Below are positions 19,705 through 30,134 of a DNA stretch of 64,000 bases, one piece after another (position 1 is the stretch's first letter; each line of letters begins with the position of its first letter). Under the pieces are notes generated by a model. That model was given only the letters and a program-made list of their open reading frames with translations. It did no database searches and was not told the origin of the DNA. Both the position numbers and the translations under genes were made by a program. This DNA comes from Candidatus Poribacteria bacterium (GTDB taxonomy: Bacteria > Poribacteria > WGA-4E > WGA-3G): NCBI GenBank assembly GCA_965215265.1, contig OZ244048.1, positions 1,312,001 through 1,376,000 on the forward strand, written 5' to 3'.

Positions 19705-19749
19705 AGGTTACGGTAGGACGCACGAAAGGCATGCGTCCCAACGTAACCT
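19705..19749. repeat. GTAG-type REP-like palindrome between the binding-protein and permease genes
   Basis: AGGTTACG-GTA-GGACGCA...TGCGTCC-CAA-CGTAACCT. Confidence 0.55.
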
Positions 19750-19786
19750 ATAGCTCGATTGAAGTCATTAATCAGCGAGAACAAAG

Positions 19787-21103
19787 TTATTCATCGTAGT
19801 AACCTGCATCCTCAAAGATTTCCTCGTGCTTTCGTGCAATTGCATCTAGCGCTTCCTTCGGGCTCTTCAGTTTGGAGATGGCTGCACTCCAATTCGTCTG
19901 GCAGGCCTCAAGTAGTTCCGCGTATTCGGGGACCGCCCAAAAATCTCGTAGATAGGGGAAGCTTGCAGCGAACGCCTCATTATATGGAGTCGCTTTCCGG
20001 AAGGCATCTGATTTTAATATCTCTCTATGTGGGGTAAAACCACCAAGACGTGCCCATTTTTCCTGAACAGATGTCTGCATAAACCATTTCATATACTGCT
20101 TCGCAATATCCCGGTTTTTAGAGTAAGAGGAAATCGACATTCCTTGGCCCCCGATGCTGATATAGTGCCCTTTAGGACCGGCAGGCGCAATAAAGAACCC
20201 ACTTTTATCGTGAGAAGTCGGATTCGTTTTCGCATCCACCACCCCGGGGAAAAAAGCGAAGTAATTCATCGACATCGCCACCTTTCCTGAAGTATAGGCA
20301 TTGAGTGTCTCTTGCCAATAGTAGTTCGGCGCATCTGGCGGAGCAAATTGGAGCAAATCCGTATAATATTGAAGTGCCTGAACAGAATCTTCGGTGTTAA
20401 TATAGCCTGCAATTTTGTAGTTTTCTGCGTCGCCATAGTTGCCACCGAAACTCCACATTACTTGTTGGAAGCCCATTGTGATGCCGTCGTATTCTTTACT
20501 ATACCACGTCGCAATGCCGTAGAAGTCTTGCTCCGGACGCGTGAAAAACTCAGCCACATCACGGAGCTGCGCGTATGTCTTCGGCGGCCCAAGGGGATAG
20601 CCATACTTCGCTTGGAACGATTCCATCTCTTTCGCATCTTCAAACAGATCTTTGCGATACACGTAACCAGCCGCATCCACTTCTGCCGGCAGTGCCCAGT
20701 ACGTTCCCGAACCTTTCGGATATTCTGCGAACGCTGTCATAGCAGGACGGTAGATAGAATCAATATCAATGTTGGTGTTAATCCAATCCGTGAGGTCAAG
20801 GTAGTGCCCGCCTGCAGAATTTCTGCCGAGCCACTGACTATCGCCTATGACGATGTCGTAGAGGTCGCTTTTGCCTACGAATGCGGTGAAAACCTTATCT
20901 TGGAAACTGCTCCATGGAATTTTAACGACATTCACCGGAATCCCCGTTTCTGCCGTAAAGTCTTTGGAGAGTTCCTCTAAATAGTTCGCAGGATCCCATT
21001 CTGCCCACACAATCGTTAAAGATTGTTGGGCGTTAGCAGGCTGGCTGATAAACGCCAACGCGAATATCAGGACAACAACTAGACTTATGTGAACCTTTTT
21101 CAT
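19787..21103 (-). CDS. Sugar ABC transporter substrate-binding protein
   Basis: Signal peptide, SBP family 1 features (YRKDLFED, PKTY), precedes two permeases. Confidence 0.92.
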   Translation of the reverse strand: MKKVHISLVVVLIFALAFISQPANAQQSLTIVWAEWDPANYLEELSKDFTAETGIPVNVVKIPWSSFQDKVFTAFVGKSDLYDIVIGDSQWLGRNSAGGHYLDLTDWINTNIDIDSIYRPAMTAFAEYPKGSGTYWALPAEVDAAGYVYRKDLFEDAKEMESFQAKYGYPLGPPKTYAQLRDVAEFFTRPEQDFYGIATWYSKEYDGITMGFQQVMWSFGGNYGDAENYKIAGYINTEDSVQALQYYTDLLQFAPPDAPNYYWQETLNAYTSGKVAMSMNYFAFFPGVVDAKTNPTSHDKSGFFIAPAGPKGHYISIGGQGMSISSYSKNRDIAKQYMKWFMQTSVQEKWARLGGFTPHREILKSDAFRKATPYNEAFAASFPYLRDFWAVPEYAELLEACQTNWSAAISKLKSPKEALDAIARKHEEIFEDAGYYDE

Positions 21104-21351
21104 GTATCAAACTCCTTTCATTGGGAGCACTGCTCCCTCCTCATTAAAAACGGTGGTGCCACAGTTTTTGTGCCCGGTAACGGTGCATATTTAACCAAAG
21201 TAGCAACATTAAACGCACGTCTACCGGTTTTAGTGCTAAAAGAATTATAGCACATTTCAAGATTTTTTTGCAAAATCTTTTTTCGTCACATGGAGCGATA
21301 ATGCAACCTTGGGTGTGAGACATCACACGCCATCTGGTATCAGGTGAGACT

Positions 21352-21603
21352 TTAAAATATGCCGAACCCTAAAACAAGCCGGATAGTACCCAAGAAAATT
21401 GCAACAGCACAACAGATGAGTCCAGCAACCGCTAACTCTTTCTGGGCTGATACGATAACGGCAAGGATGCTAAAACAGAGGCCAAGCCCAGCAAACGGAA
21501 TGTTAACGTAGTTGAATGCTCCAAGGCACGGAATAACGCCAAACAACATTCCCAAAATTGCCAGAATTCCCCACACCAGGCTGAGAACGGATAATAGATT
21601 CAT
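21352..21603 (-). CDS. Small membrane protein
   Basis: About three TM helices; start overlaps the upstream gene stop; GGAG RBS. Confidence 0.7.
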   Translation of the reverse strand: MNLLSVLSLVWGILAILGMLFGVIPCLGAFNYVNIPFAGLGLCFSILAVIVSAQKELAVAGLICCAVAIFLGTIRLVLGFGIF

Positions 21604-21974
21604 AGTAATTCTCCAGTCAAAAAAGCGGTTTTAGCAAAACGGATACCTGGATAGCAACTAATAATTGCCAAGAAAGTATTCATAACAAACAAAGAATAAA
21701 GAACAGTGCTTAAAGGATTCAAGCGATTTGCCTCCGTGAATCGTCCTTTTGAAATAGCGTAGAAGGCACTGCTCATCCCACAAAATGCACAAGGTTTGTT
21801 GAATTGTCTCTGCCATTCACATTCTGGGATGAGCTGCGTTAAGTGGTGTTGCGGCAGGACAAAAGGGACAGCAAGCACGATAAAAACGCCCGCACTCACG
21901 ATGTACCATATACAGAGTGCTACTGCCTTTAATGCTACGATTTTTTGCAACGTTTTACGTTTCAGCATCAGCAC
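21600..21974 (-). CDS. DUF2752-like membrane protein
   Basis: C-x9-CAFCGMSSAF...G.F.EA..LNP motif. Confidence 0.75.
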   Translation of the reverse strand: MLMLKRKTLQKIVALKAVALCIWYIVSAGVFIVLAVPFVLPQHHLTQLIPECEWQRQFNKPCAFCGMSSAFYAISKGRFTEANRLNPLSTVLYSLFVMNTFLAIISCYPGIRFAKTAFLTGELL

Positions 21975-23376
21975 TGCTCTGTTCCTCTGCCTGTTTCAGA
22001 CTGATAGCCCCACCCATGCATCGCAGCTTGAGAAGCGGGCCTCCGCCATTAATAGTCCCTTGCAATTGCCCGGCTTTAACAGGCTCTTCCCCGGCTACAT
22101 CAAATTGCGTGGTCATTCTGGTGCCGAGGCCTTTGGCATCAACAGTTACGCCAATATGCGACATGAGTGACACATCTATACTACCGCTGGTGGTTTCTAA
22201 AGTCCAATACGGGGTTCCCTGCTGCATTATCTGTGGTTGCTTTAACATCTGTGCGCGAATAGAACCCGCAGCGACTGTCGCTGTAACTTCCCCCTCGTTT
22301 TCTATCTCGACATTTCCACCGTAGGTTTTTACATCAACAGCGGCTTTGCAGGCATTGAGAATGATGTTGCCCCCCGAAGTTCTGCCGGAGATAGCCCCAT
22401 CAATCTCAACAAAACGGAGATTTCCGGCAGCGGTTTTAGCGTTAACATCGCCGGTGCCAGCCTTCACCTGAACATTTCCACCCGACGTTTGGACATCCAC
22501 CTTGCCATTGTAGCTGTTAATATGAATGTCGCCAGCAGCAGCTCTCGCAGTGAGAACCCCGTCCACATTCTCAAACCAGAGCCCACCGGCCGACGTTCTA
22601 GTATTCACGGTGCCTTGTATTGATGCCACTGAAAGACTACCACACGCTGTCTTTAAATTAAGATCATAACGTCGCGGCACAGTGATTTCAAATTGAACGT
22701 CTAACCGGTCAATTACTCTCTTCCACTGTGTACCCTTGAATGTCGCTTCAATCTTAACATCTGGCGTATCGTGTTCGATTTTGACATCAAAGTTTTTGAG
22801 GATATCGCCCGCGCGCCGGTCCGCTTTCAACTGTGCGCTACGACGTACCCGCACCTCAACTTTGTTACTATCCGCCGGGTGAATATCAATGTCTCCCAGG
22901 TCTGCATCAACAGTTAAACAGCCTCCAGGAGCAACGTGGAAGTCTTCTTCTATGTCAGCCAAGGTACTCTCGGTTAAAAAATCTGGTACCGATTTGCGAA
23001 TCAACTCACCAATTTTCCCTTCATTCAGGCCTTCAAGGTTTTCCAAGAACCGTCTCCGCAAAAAACCACTCATCCAATTCTTCGAATCGTGCTCAGTGGC
23101 TAATGCCTCGCTAAGGTATGCAGTGAGTTGCTGGTATGCGAGACTAATTTCGCCAAAAGATGCGTCAGCCTCTAGTGGTTCAAAGAGGGCTTTCGGTATA
23201 GCATCTAGGTCGTTGAGTCGCGTCAGCGCCTCATTAAATTGAGCAATGCATCGGTTTTCACCGTGCTTGAAAGTTCCAGTGAGCACGACACTCTCTACAA
23301 GTTTAGCGGTATGCTCCAACATGTGAAAAAGGCCACGCAGCTCCCTCTGTCTCTGCTCTTCCATAATACACCTCAT
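21955..23376 (-). CDS. DUF4097 (adhesin-like beta-strand repeat) protein with an N-terminal helical domain
   Basis: Repeated (K/R)T(S/A)(G/A)G(N/S)(I/L/V) units, INGGGP.LKL C-terminus; no signal peptide. Confidence 0.8.
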   Translation of the reverse strand: MRCIMEEQRQRELRGLFHMLEHTAKLVESVVLTGTFKHGENRCIAQFNEALTRLNDLDAIPKALFEPLEADASFGEISLAYQQLTAYLSEALATEHDSKNWMSGFLRRRFLENLEGLNEGKIGELIRKSVPDFLTESTLADIEEDFHVAPGGCLTVDADLGDIDIHPADSNKVEVRVRRSAQLKADRRAGDILKNFDVKIEHDTPDVKIEATFKGTQWKRVIDRLDVQFEITVPRRYDLNLKTACGSLSVASIQGTVNTRTSAGGLWFENVDGVLTARAAAGDIHINSYNGKVDVQTSGGNVQVKAGTGDVNAKTAAGNLRFVEIDGAISGRTSGGNIILNACKAAVDVKTYGGNVEIENEGEVTATVAAGSIRAQMLKQPQIMQQGTPYWTLETTSGSIDVSLMSHIGVTVDAKGLGTRMTTQFDVAGEEPVKAGQLQGTINGGGPLLKLRCMGGAISLKQAEEQSSADAET

Positions 23377-23382
23377 CTCTTT

Positions 23383-23982
23383 TTACTCGTCTAGTTCTCC
23401 GTATCCCTGTTCTTCTAAGAGGACCTTGAGTCTCTCTTTTGCTTTGTGTAACCGCCACTTTATAGTCGTTAAGGGAAGAGATAAAAATTCAGCCATCCGT
23501 TTTTGTGGCATTTCTGCCCAATAATAGAGTTGTATCACCTCTCGATATTCATCAGGAAGTTCGAGAATAGCTTCTTGGACAGCTTGCTTAAGCAATTTGC
23601 GTTCAAAAATCTGAGCCGGATCTTCCGCTGTCGTGTCTGATTCTCGGTGTAAGTGCGGCTCCATATCCTCCTGTAGTGCGTATCGACTCGCTTGTTTGTG
23701 GAATCGCAAGGCACGGTTACGCGTAATTGAATGGAGCCATGCACCGAAACGGTTCAAATTATTGAGCCGTGGTAAAGCCTCAAAAGCAAATAGGAAGGCA
23801 TCTTGCACAACATCTTCCGCATCGTTAGGATTCCGGACAATCTGTTGTGCGACAGCGAGCATCGCACGCCGGTAACGAAGGACTAATACGTCAAACGCAT
23901 TTGTATTCCCTTCAAGTGCGGCGAGGATTAATTCGGCATCGGTCGCGTTCGTTAATTCTTCGGCAGCCATCAACGTCTCCAC
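23383..23982 (-). CDS. ECF-family RNA polymerase sigma factor
   Basis: DAEDVVQDAF, FGAWLHSITRN, region 4 LPDEYREVI...TTIKWRLHKAK. Confidence 0.92.
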   Translation of the reverse strand: METLMAAEELTNATDAELILAALEGNTNAFDVLVLRYRRAMLAVAQQIVRNPNDAEDVVQDAFLFAFEALPRLNNLNRFGAWLHSITRNRALRFHKQASRYALQEDMEPHLHRESDTTAEDPAQIFERKLLKQAVQEAILELPDEYREVIQLYYWAEMPQKRMAEFLSLPLTTIKWRLHKAKERLKVLLEEQGYGELDE

Positions 23983-24081
23983 CCTGGGTTCTCCAGAGGC
24001 ACCGTAATTTGCTTTTGTAGATTAGAGACGGTTCGTGCGAAAAGGATAGTGAAAAATGCATGCACTCATCGCACGGGGCAT

Positions 24082-24555
24082 CTAGCCTGGTTTATAGAAC
24101 GTCACGAGACAGCCGCCAACTGCAGCGAGTAATATCCCGACAACGAATTGCCAACGCACGGTGCCCCAGCCGCCCGGCGGCGGATGCATCAACGTCGCAA
24201 CGATTGCGTTGACGATAGGCGCACCTGCAAACACGATAGACATCACCACAGCAGGCCGCCCGCCTGCCCCAAACGCCAATAGAACCCCAAACGCACCGAT
24301 CGCACCCACAAGCCCGGCCAAGAAAGACCAGGATACACCACCGCTTGTAAACTGAAATTCCGCTTTGTTAACAAGCAACATCATCGCAGAACCGATAACA
24401 GCTGTCAGAAGATAGGCAATACCGACAAACAGAAACGCTTTATAACGGCCATGCACGACATCTGCCATGGATATCTGCCCTTTGTGGAGAAAAACACCGT
24501 AAAGTCCCCAGCTTGTCACGGTCATAATCGCAAAAATTAACCATGTTTTAGACAT
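24082..24555 (-). CDS. DMT/EamA-like membrane protein
   Basis: Five TM helices, WGLYG, VFAGAPIVN. Confidence 0.65.
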   Translation of the reverse strand: MSKTWLIFAIMTVTSWGLYGVFLHKGQISMADVVHGRYKAFLFVGIAYLLTAVIGSAMMLLVNKAEFQFTSGGVSWSFLAGLVGAIGAFGVLLAFGAGGRPAVVMSIVFAGAPIVNAIVATLMHPPPGGWGTVRWQFVVGILLAAVGGCLVTFYKPG

Positions 24556-24649
24556 AATTTTGTTCCTTTTTTGTTCAGAAAAAACGAAATGCCTCCGCTT
24601 TTTACTTAGATTTCACAGAACATCTCTTTGCTGTGCCTCTCTCTAATCT

Positions 24650-25939
24650 TTACAGATACTTTTTAAACACGCCCAAGAGTTGCTCCGCAACCTTCTCATC
24701 ACTAAATTTCTGATGAACGTTGATTTTTCCGCGCTCTCCGAGGTGTCGCCGCCGAGCTTCATCGTTAAAGAGTTCAAGGATACCCTCAGCAATCGCATCA
24801 GCGGATTCCGGTTCAACCAAAATTCCGCCCCCAGTTGCATCAATCATTTCCGGAAAAGTGCCGTGCCGCGGTTGAATGGCGGGCACACCGTTCGCTAGTG
24901 CCTCTAGGATGGATAGCCCCTTCGATTCGCGATAAACAGTCGGAACAGAGAAAACATGTAGACGGTTAAGGAAGGCAATTTTCTGTGTACGGGTCACCTC
25001 GCCGTGATATACAAACGAATCTGCATAACCAGCTGCCTGGATTTTATCGTGGAGCTCCTCAAAATACGGTTCATCTTTCTTACCTAAGTACCCGGCGACA
25101 TGGAGATGGATAGTATCTGCCCCGAGTTCCCGCGTTAACTTCTCAAATGCTTCTACCAAAATGTGTAACCCTTTTTCTGGGCAAATCCGAGCCAAATAGC
25201 CTATGATGAAAGCAGGTCGCTCAGCTTTTTCAACTTCAGCCCCATGCCCAGCCAAATTTAAACCGAGCGGGACTACATCAATTTTGTTGACAGGAACCCT
25301 AAGATAGACATCACCCATAAATTCAGCATAGTATTGACACGGCGCAACAAATCCATCCACATCTGCAGCGCGTTCTGCTAGGAGGATTAACGCCTCAGAC
25401 TTGTACGGTTCAATCAAGTCTTGCAAGAAGATATCTTCGCCTTGTAGGGCACAGACAACTGGCACTTCTAACGCATTTTTAATTTCTCTCGCGAAACCGA
25501 CCAGCATAGAGTTTGTCAGATAAACAATATCAGGTGCATTATACTCCTTCAGCCACTGGACTAACTTCGCTAACTCCTTCTTCTGGTGGCCGTTTTCGCC
25601 TTTAAGCATTGAAACGGTAAGTGCACCGAGATCACTCGCATCAGTAGCACCACTGAAGCGGGCCAAACTGTTCAACAAACTTGGGCTATCAAACAGTCTA
25701 TCAACGGCCCACGGCGTATGCCGAAAAAGCGAGAGTTTTTGTTGGAGATAAACGTTAATCCCACCAAAAAAGACACGATCCATACTGACATTGGTTTCAT
25801 CCGTTCGGGTCGGTGTATACGTCGGTATCAACTCAACTTTATGCCCCTGCTTCTTAAGGGCCTTCGCAACCATATTGTCATGGATGCAGCTACCGCAATA
25901 CATCCCCGCGGCACCCGCAGTAATATAAGCAACTTTCAT
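24650..25939 (-). CDS. Glycosyltransferase family 4 protein
   Basis: GYLARICPEKG, ESKGLSILEALANG; N-terminal MYCGSC motif. Confidence 0.9.
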   Translation of the reverse strand: MKVAYITAGAAGMYCGSCIHDNMVAKALKKQGHKVELIPTYTPTRTDETNVSMDRVFFGGINVYLQQKLSLFRHTPWAVDRLFDSPSLLNSLARFSGATDASDLGALTVSMLKGENGHQKKELAKLVQWLKEYNAPDIVYLTNSMLVGFAREIKNALEVPVVCALQGEDIFLQDLIEPYKSEALILLAERAADVDGFVAPCQYYAEFMGDVYLRVPVNKIDVVPLGLNLAGHGAEVEKAERPAFIIGYLARICPEKGLHILVEAFEKLTRELGADTIHLHVAGYLGKKDEPYFEELHDKIQAAGYADSFVYHGEVTRTQKIAFLNRLHVFSVPTVYRESKGLSILEALANGVPAIQPRHGTFPEMIDATGGGILVEPESADAIAEGILELFNDEARRRHLGERGKINVHQKFSDEKVAEQLLGVFKKYL

Positions 25940-26034
25940 GTTTTTTTGGTTTTCCTATATCTGTTCCCAAATATGTTTACGTTGATGTCGGAGCTCCTAA
26001 TAGATGTATAAGCTGCGCTTTCACTCCGTATAAC

Positions 26035-27978
26035 TTATGAAGGCAGACGCTTTTTTTGCCAATTATAATAAAAAATTGCCGTACTTCCAAGCACCGCTAA
26101 CGCATATAGCCACAGAAACGGCATGGAGATAGGAGTAAAAAAGAAAATTATGGCAGCAATGAACAGAAGAACTCGCTCCCACAAAGAGAGAACATTGAAA
26201 GCATATCCAGCAATGCTCGACGCAAAAATAACAGTGCCGATTAAGGTCGGGGTAAGTTTTTGGGAGACAGCCCACAATCCAGGATTGCCTCCATCTGTAC
26301 TCAGCCACAGCAGCTCCGGACGCAGGACAAAGGCGTAAGGCAGTGCAAATCCTACCAGTGCAAACCTGAATGCTGCAAGCCCGGTTGACATTATTCCTGA
26401 ATTAGCAATTGCAGCAGCCGTATAGGCTGCTAAGGCAACAGGCGGCGTTACCATCGACATCATCCCGAAATAGAAGATAAAAAAGTGTGCAGCCAGAGGG
26501 ACTACCCCCAAGTCAAGCAACACCGGGCCTACCAAAATTGCCATCAGAAGATAACAGACAGAAGAAGGCAGCCCCATGCCCAGAATAATTGTTGAAACCA
26601 TCAGCAAGAGAAGTGCCAATATTAAATTTGTCGCAGCGAGCGGTAACAGCGCCGATGGCAATTTGCTGCCAATTCCGGTTAAGGTCACAACGCCTAAGAT
26701 GATACCCACACAAGCGGCAGCGGCAATCAGTGAGACACCGCTCTCGGCCGCGCCTACCATCGATTTTAGCCCCCCTTGCATCCCGATGCGGGTCTCAGCA
26801 TGAAAAAGACTGATACCTAACACAGCCAACAAACTCAAACTGACCGCCCGAAACGCTGTAGCTCCCAACAGCAAGAACCCGATTAGTGTCACAAAGGCGG
26901 TAAGAAAGACAACGCCCTGCATGCGGTTGCCTGCAGTTGTCCGTGCGGACGCTCGCTGATTCTCTAGTACATCCGCTTGTGGTTTAGATGCTTCAATCCG
27001 CTTCGCATAAAAATGGACGATGCAGAGCAGCGCCGTATAGTAAAGTATCGCTGGCAGTAACGCAGCCTTAATAATTGCCAAATACGTAACCGGAGGACTC
27101 ACAATTTCCAGCATCATGTACGCACCTGCACCCATAATCGGCGGTACTAATGCGCCCCCGGAACTTGCAGCCGCCTCAATACCGCCGGCGATCGGCGGTT
27201 GAAACCCGGCACGACGCATCAACGGTATGGTAAAAGTCCCGGTCGTTGCTGTGTTAGCCACAGCCGAACCCGACAGAGAACCCATCATCCCGCTGCTTAA
27301 AACTGCAACTTTCGCAGGACCGCCCGCGCTTGTACCGAAAAGCCGCCTCGCCAGCGACAGCACATAACGCGTCGCACCGGTCCCTGCCAACACGGCCCCA
27401 AACAGCACGAACAGAAAAACATACGTAAACATGACGCGCAGCGCAATACCGAAAGTACCTTGGCTCTGAAGGAACGTCTGACTAATGATACGCCGCAACG
27501 AATAACCCCGATGCGGGAAGAGCCAATCCGGCATAAACTGCCCCAGGCCAGCGTAAACGATGAAAGCGAGGGCAAGGCACATCAGGGTCATGCCTACTGT
27601 CCGACGCGTCGCCTCTAAGATGCAAATCAGACCGAACGCACCGATCAGGTAATCGAGCGGATGTTCCGCCGCAGCACGGTCCCCGAGCGATTTACCATTT
27701 ATCCATAAGCCTTCAAAGAGCGGCTCCGTCTGAATCAGCACATAACCGAAGCATAAAATAACACATCCTGCTATACTCACATCTAAAACTTGACAAATCC
27801 GATTATCTGCTACCCCTGGATGGACGGGATATTTTATAAACACCAAAACCAATCCCAACATTGCAAAGAGTGCCAATTGGGATTGTGGCGCAAGCTGCGG
27901 ATAGTTAACTTCCTTTAAAATGAAAAGGCAGAGCAATACCGCTACTATCAGAAAGAGAGTCTGTTTGAATTGTTTCAA
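26035..27978 (-). CDS. TRAP transporter fused 4TM/12TM permease
   Basis: GGPAKVAV, GSAVAN..TGTFTIP, EAAASSGG..PPIMGA, TPPVALAA. Confidence 0.93.
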   Translation of the reverse strand: MKQFKQTLFLIVAVLLCLFILKEVNYPQLAPQSQLALFAMLGLVLVFIKYPVHPGVADNRICQVLDVSIAGCVILCFGYVLIQTEPLFEGLWINGKSLGDRAAAEHPLDYLIGAFGLICILEATRRTVGMTLMCLALAFIVYAGLGQFMPDWLFPHRGYSLRRIISQTFLQSQGTFGIALRVMFTYVFLFVLFGAVLAGTGATRYVLSLARRLFGTSAGGPAKVAVLSSGMMGSLSGSAVANTATTGTFTIPLMRRAGFQPPIAGGIEAAASSGGALVPPIMGAGAYMMLEIVSPPVTYLAIIKAALLPAILYYTALLCIVHFYAKRIEASKPQADVLENQRASARTTAGNRMQGVVFLTAFVTLIGFLLLGATAFRAVSLSLLAVLGISLFHAETRIGMQGGLKSMVGAAESGVSLIAAAACVGIILGVVTLTGIGSKLPSALLPLAATNLILALLLLMVSTIILGMGLPSSVCYLLMAILVGPVLLDLGVVPLAAHFFIFYFGMMSMVTPPVALAAYTAAAIANSGIMSTGLAAFRFALVGFALPYAFVLRPELLWLSTDGGNPGLWAVSQKLTPTLIGTVIFASSIAGYAFNVLSLWERVLLFIAAIIFFFTPISMPFLWLYALAVLGSTAIFYYNWQKKRLPS

Positions 27979-28123
27979 GAGTTCGCTTGTTAAAAATCCT
28001 GTCCTGCAAGTTGAAGGGTTGGGACTTTGGGGACATCGGTATGGCTTGTGCTTTTGGGTTCGCGCTACTGTTATTTTACATTGACGGATGCTGTCGATTT
28101 AAAACTGTTGGCTTAGGGAGCTC

Positions 28124-30088
28124 TTAACCGTTCAACCCGAGCACGCCGCTCAATTCCAATAAACGTTGGTTAATCTTTGTTTTCTCTATCCGATTGCCGT
28201 GGACGAATTCTTGATATTGCGGCAGGAGCGTATCTGGAAGCATGGCGCGCGAATTTGCTTCGCGCAATGCTAACAGGGCCATGAAAAGTTGCATCTCCGG
28301 CGAATGGTTCGGGACAAAGTCGTCTATTGCTTCGCGAAGGTCTGCATCGGTGACGGTGTGGTGCCCATTACGCTTTGAGATGTTATGCGCACGTTGTTGA
28401 ATGAGAAACAGGTCGCGTGCCGTCAATCCATCCGTGTTCGTCTCGCCTATCAGGGGTTGGAAATTAATGGTATCGCCGACTTCTTCTCCACAATAAATCC
28501 TCAAGATTGCAACTCTTTCGGCGGCTGGAGGTGGGAGTAAGATTAATTTGTAATCGAAGAGACCTGTCCTGCGAAAAATCTCTGGAATTAAGTCTGGCCG
28601 GCTGGTTGCGCCCACCCAGATCACCCTGCCATGCAATGAATTGTCGCTGATTGCATTGACGAGCGCTGTCGGGAGGGGCCGATCCACGTTTTCCGGTTGC
28701 ATGCTTGTATGCGGGGCGGCCTGCTCAATTTGGTCCATAAACACGACGACAGGCGCAATGCCTCGGATAAAGTTAATCGCCGCGTTTAGGTTCCTTTCAT
28801 AACTGTTGCCGTTCTCAGTGATGTTCGCAGTGACTTCGCCTACCTGATTAGCATACCGGAGTTGAACAAACGCCATGCCGGTTTTGCCCGCCAGCAACTT
28901 TGTTATATACACTTTCCCTGTTCCGGCCGGGCCGACGAGGAGTATACCTCTCGGGATGCGGCGCCAGTCGCCTTGTTTGATGCCCTCGCTTATATCTTGG
29001 ATCGCGCGGTTGACGTGCCCGGGGCCTTGCTGATGCATAAATTCTCTCACTGGACTCACTTCAAGTACGCCGTGGCTGAAAACTTTGATGTGTTCTCGTC
29101 GGTAACGGTGCAGGAGCTCGCCGCCGGACGCTTTTTGCCCTGTGGCAGCCGCTTGGCGCGCTATATCATGGATGCCGAACAGATTGACACCTACTGTTTC
29201 TCTAGCTAGCGTTTCCTGTTCTTGGACAGTGCCGAGACCCTGGCGCATCGTGGAATCCGCTTCTGAAATTGCGTATAGATGCTGAATGAAGTGTAAACGG
29301 CGCTCATAATCCGGAAACGGGATCTCTACTAACGGAATTTCAGGGTTCAAAGTCAGCTTCGGATGTATATCAAAGGTGTTTGGCGTAAGGAGCAATATAA
29401 TATGCTGCCGCCTTCTAATAGACAGGTCTGATGCCCAATGCTGGAGTTGATTGAAAAATCGTTGCAACTCATCATTCGCACCACTCGTGAGTGATGGATG
29501 ATTCGGCGCAATTTGCTCAAGGAAATTGATAATAAGGCCGACCTTCGCCCTGTCTTGATAGAGGAGCTCGCGGAGATGATTTTGCAATTCCTCTGTCGGT
29601 GCCGGATCCATCGTGGCGAACGGGTCTTCATGTAGCTTTCCAACGGCTAAGCCGGAATTTATGGGTCTTCGCGCAATATGAGGACTAACGTCATCGTTCG
29701 GGCTCCCCTCAAGATGCCGAAGTATCTGCAGCCAGGTGGCTACACTCTGAAAATGAAAAACACCGGATTTTTCATAGGGATGGACAATTTGAAGCGTTTC
29801 CTGCGTTTGGTACCATTGATGGGAGCGAGGAAATATAATCCCTTCCGTATTGTTGTATCCGATAACAAGGTCGCATCCTAAGAGGTGGAGTTGCTCCATC
29901 AGATAGGGGAGCGTTGGCAAGTAGCCGTAAACCTCATCGTATTGTAAGTCTTGCACATTAAAATGGAGTAAAAATTGGTGTGCTGAGGCTGCACGGTAAT
30001 GTGTTGCAATCTGTTCCCAAAACATGTTTTTTTTATCGACGCAGATTTTTGATGAGTCATAAGAAACCGGAGCAGCGGCAGGGTGCAA
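28124..30088 (-). CDS. AAA+ ATPase-family protein with degenerate catalytic motifs (start may be ATG 30025)
   Basis: PRGILLVGPAGTGKV, VVFMDQ, GATSRPD. Confidence 0.85.
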   Translation of the reverse strand: MHPAAAPVSYDSSKICVDKKNMFWEQIATHYRAASAHQFLLHFNVQDLQYDEVYGYLPTLPYLMEQLHLLGCDLVIGYNNTEGIIFPRSHQWYQTQETLQIVHPYEKSGVFHFQSVATWLQILRHLEGSPNDDVSPHIARRPINSGLAVGKLHEDPFATMDPAPTEELQNHLRELLYQDRAKVGLIINFLEQIAPNHPSLTSGANDELQRFFNQLQHWASDLSIRRRQHIILLLTPNTFDIHPKLTLNPEIPLVEIPFPDYERRLHFIQHLYAISEADSTMRQGLGTVQEQETLARETVGVNLFGIHDIARQAAATGQKASGGELLHRYRREHIKVFSHGVLEVSPVREFMHQQGPGHVNRAIQDISEGIKQGDWRRIPRGILLVGPAGTGKVYITKLLAGKTGMAFVQLRYANQVGEVTANITENGNSYERNLNAAINFIRGIAPVVVFMDQIEQAAPHTSMQPENVDRPLPTALVNAISDNSLHGRVIWVGATSRPDLIPEIFRRTGLFDYKLILLPPPAAERVAILRIYCGEEVGDTINFQPLIGETNTDGLTARDLFLIQQRAHNISKRNGHHTVTDADLREAIDDFVPNHSPEMQLFMALLALREANSRAMLPDTLLPQYQEFVHGNRIEKTKINQRLLELSGVLGLNG

Positions 30089-30134
30089 GCAGTCACTATG
30101 TGATCTTGCACCGCTGCACTGTATCCGGTTCTAT

